A stretch of 64,000 nt of DNA, taken from positions 1,391,725 through 1,455,724 of the forward strand of contig NZ_CP047173.1 of NCBI RefSeq assembly GCF_009834185.1, read 5' to 3'. The stretch is from Rathayibacter sp. VKM Ac-2760. Lineage in GTDB: Bacteria; Actinomycetota; Actinomycetes; Actinomycetales; Microbacteriaceae. The notes beneath the pieces are model-generated. The model was not told the DNA's origin and ran no database searches. It saw nothing but the letters and a program-made list of their open reading frames with translations. This document shows positions 62,126-64,000 of the stretch, piece after piece; position 1 is the stretch's first letter; every line of letters begins with the position of its first letter. A program made the position numbers and the translations under genes.

Positions 62126-63394
62126 TCAGCTCGGCTGCACCGCGACCTCGGGGTCGGTCGCCGTCCGCCTCGCCCGCAGTCGTTCCGCGGCGCGGCGGCG
62201 GAGATCCGCGAACGCGACGACGCCGGAGGCGAGGCACAGCGCCGCCACGGCCGGTGCGACCAGGTCGATCGCCGCCTCCAGCCCGAGCGCCGTCGCCACG
62301 GCTCCCGCGGCGACCGCGGTGATGGCCTGCGCGAGGTAGCTCAGAAGGTAGACGGCCGAGATCATCGAGCCGCGGTGCTCGGGCGGCGCCGCCTGCCCGA
62401 CCAGTGCGAGCCCGCCCGAGAAGCTGAGCGAGTAGCCGACGCCGCCGACGATCATGAAGGCGACGAACAGCACGAGCGAGCCGCTCGCCGCCGTCCACTC
62501 CATCAGCGCGAGACCGGCGATCGCGACCACGGCGCCGGCGATGATCGCGAGATGCGCGTGCACCCGCTGGATCGCCAGGGCGGTGAGACCGATCACGACC
62601 GACGACAGCGCGAGCACCGCGCCGATCACGAGCAGATCGGTCGTGCCGGTGAGCTCCCGCGCCATCTGCGCGCCGAGGGAGAGCACGAGGGCGCCGACCG
62701 CGTAGGCGACCGAGACGGCGAGCGTCGCTCCGGCGTACGCGCTCCGCAGACCCGCGGGCACGGTGGGCAGGCGCGGGCGCCAGCGGGCACCCGGGACCGG
62801 GCGGTCGTCGCGACCGAGGGCCAGCAGGACGAGCGTGACCGCGCCGACCAGCCCCAGGACCCAGTAGCTCAGCTGCAGGGGCAGCGGCGCGTACTGCGCC
62901 AGGGCTCCCGAGAGCAGGAGCGACAGGGTGAGCCCCGCGGCGGTCGACACGGTCGTCAGCGACGAGGGGAGCCGCGGGTTGGCCGACACGTTGTTGTCGA
63001 CGAGGGAGGCGCTCGCCGCGCTGAGCGCGAGCGCCGTCCCGACGCCCTGCATCGCCCGGCCGAGATAGAGCAGCGCGACGCCGTCCGCGAGCGAGAAGAC
63101 GAGCGCCGAGAGCGCGATCAGGGCGATGCCCAGCAGCATCGTCCGCCGCCGCCCGATGACGTCGGAGAGCCCGCCGACGAGGAGCAGCGCGAGCAGCAGC
63201 GCGACGGGATAGGCGCCGAAGACCGAGGTGATGACGACGGGGGAGAGTCCCCACTCCGCCGCGTAGCTGGGGTAAAGCACGGAGGGCGCGCCGCTGGACC
63301 AGAGGCACAGGGCCAGCACGAGCGTCGAGACCCAGAAGGCGCCTCGCCGCCCGAAGCGCGCGGGAGGGCGGAGGACGGTCCGGGGAGTCGGCAT
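62126..63394 (-). CDS. MFS transporter
   Basis: About 12 TM segments with the MFS motif GGLSDVIGRRR. The ATG at 63394 is preferred to the track start 63454. Confidence 0.8.
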   Translation of the reverse strand: MPTPRTVLRPPARFGRRGAFWVSTLVLALCLWSSGAPSVLYPSYAAEWGLSPVVITSVFGAYPVALLLALLLVGGLSDVIGRRRTMLLGIALIALSALVFSLADGVALLYLGRAMQGVGTALALSAASASLVDNNVSANPRLPSSLTTVSTAAGLTLSLLLSGALAQYAPLPLQLSYWVLGLVGAVTLVLLALGRDDRPVPGARWRPRLPTVPAGLRSAYAGATLAVSVAYAVGALVLSLGAQMARELTGTTDLLVIGAVLALSSVVIGLTALAIQRVHAHLAIIAGAVVAIAGLALMEWTAASGSLVLFVAFMIVGGVGYSLSFSGGLALVGQAAPPEHRGSMISAVYLLSYLAQAITAVAAGAVATALGLEAAIDLVAPAVAALCLASGVVAFADLRRRAAERLRARRTATDPEVAVQPS

Positions 63395-63454
63395 GGCGGC
63401 CACGCTAGTGCCCTGGCTTGGAAAAACCAAGCGAGCCTGCGATAGTCTCGACAC

Positions 63455-63952
63455 GTGCCCGCCACCGCCCGCCTCCCCGTCGACGTCGACAGCGACCGGG
63501 CCGAGCGCTGCTCGGTCGCCCGATCCCTCGAGCTCCTCGGCGAGCGCTGGAGCCTGCTGATCATCCGGGAGGCGCTGCGCGGAGCGAGCACCTACTCCGA
63601 GTTCCGCGAGCGGCTCGGTGTGCCGAGCGACGTGCTCTCGGCGCGGCTGCGCACCCTCACCGAGGCCGGGATCTTCGCCAAGGTCCCCTACCGGCCGGAA
63701 GGAGCGCGCGAGCGCTCCCGCTACGAGCTCACCGAGCAGGGCCGCGCGCTGAAGCTCGTGCTCGTCGCGCTCGCGCAGTGGGGCGATGAGAACCGTCCGC
63801 TGCCGCAGGGTGCGAGCTCGATCCCGGCCGACGCCGACTCGGGCGAGCGGCTCGAGCTCGCCTTCGTCGACCGGGAGGGCCGCCGGTCGCCTCTCGAGCG
63901 CGTCCGGATCGTGCCCGGCCCCGCCGCCCGGTCGACCTGGAAGAGTCTCTGA
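63455..63952 (+). CDS. HxlR-family (winged-helix) transcriptional regulator
   Basis: 165 aa with CSVARSLELLGERWSLLIIREAL...YSEFRERLGVPSDVLSARLRTLTEAGI. Divergent from the MFS gene. Confidence 0.85.
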   Translation: MPATARLPVDVDSDRAERCSVARSLELLGERWSLLIIREALRGASTYSEFRERLGVPSDVLSARLRTLTEAGIFAKVPYRPEGARERSRYELTEQGRALKLVLVALAQWGDENRPLPQGASSIPADADSGERLELAFVDREGRRSPLERVRIVPGPAARSTWKSL

Positions 63953-64000
63953 GCCGAGCGTCCCGGCCGAGGGCGGTCCTCAGGCCGCGCGCAGCACCCG

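Overview
A 64-kb slice of a very GC-rich actinobacterial chromosome (about 70% GC or more by eye, not computed). The gene content looks Micrococcales/Microbacteriaceae-like, but that is inference only. I support about 60 protein genes and one tRNA-Gln. I found no rRNA, CRISPR array, transposase or integrase. Many long ORFs in the supplied track are off-frame shadows (Arg/Pro/Gly/Ala-rich) of the real genes and were discarded. Housekeeping genes include ilvE, recQ, gltX, aspA, a SigB/F-type sigma factor, a flotillin and PrsW. Notable content: (1) 7.3-16.8 kb holds a split, extended Nit1C / MSMEG_0565-0572-type cluster (radical SAM, GNAT-AIRS fusion, nitrilase, flavoprotein, a second C-N hydrolase lacking the catalytic Cys, a GT and an acyl-AMP ligase); the family's chemistry is, to my knowledge, unresolved. 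(2) This cluster is bracketed by an ADP-heptose locus (gmhA, gmhB, two hldE, three GT9 heptosyltransferase-like genes and further GTs at 4.3-5.8 and 17.0-26.3 kb) in an organism with no LPS. (3) A strictly 92-bp tandem array (9 units) fills the divergent spacer between the sigma gene and gltX. (4) At 33.7-37.6 kb there is a small defence-like islet: an orphan VbhA-like ORF, an RHH/BrnT-like TA pair, and an overlapping MazG-like + GIY-YIG/DUF2075 gene pair, flanked by two copies of a dispersed palindromic element. (5) At 49.6-56.6 kb there is a gamma-glutamylation (ethanolamine/polyamine-type) catabolic cluster. (6) Two unrelated families of dispersed intergenic palindromic elements occur (4 and 5 copies), with compensatory arm changes. 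(7) Three otherwise intact genes (second hldE, an aldehyde dehydrogenase, ada/alkA) carry apparent frameshifts; these are either real decay or indel errors.
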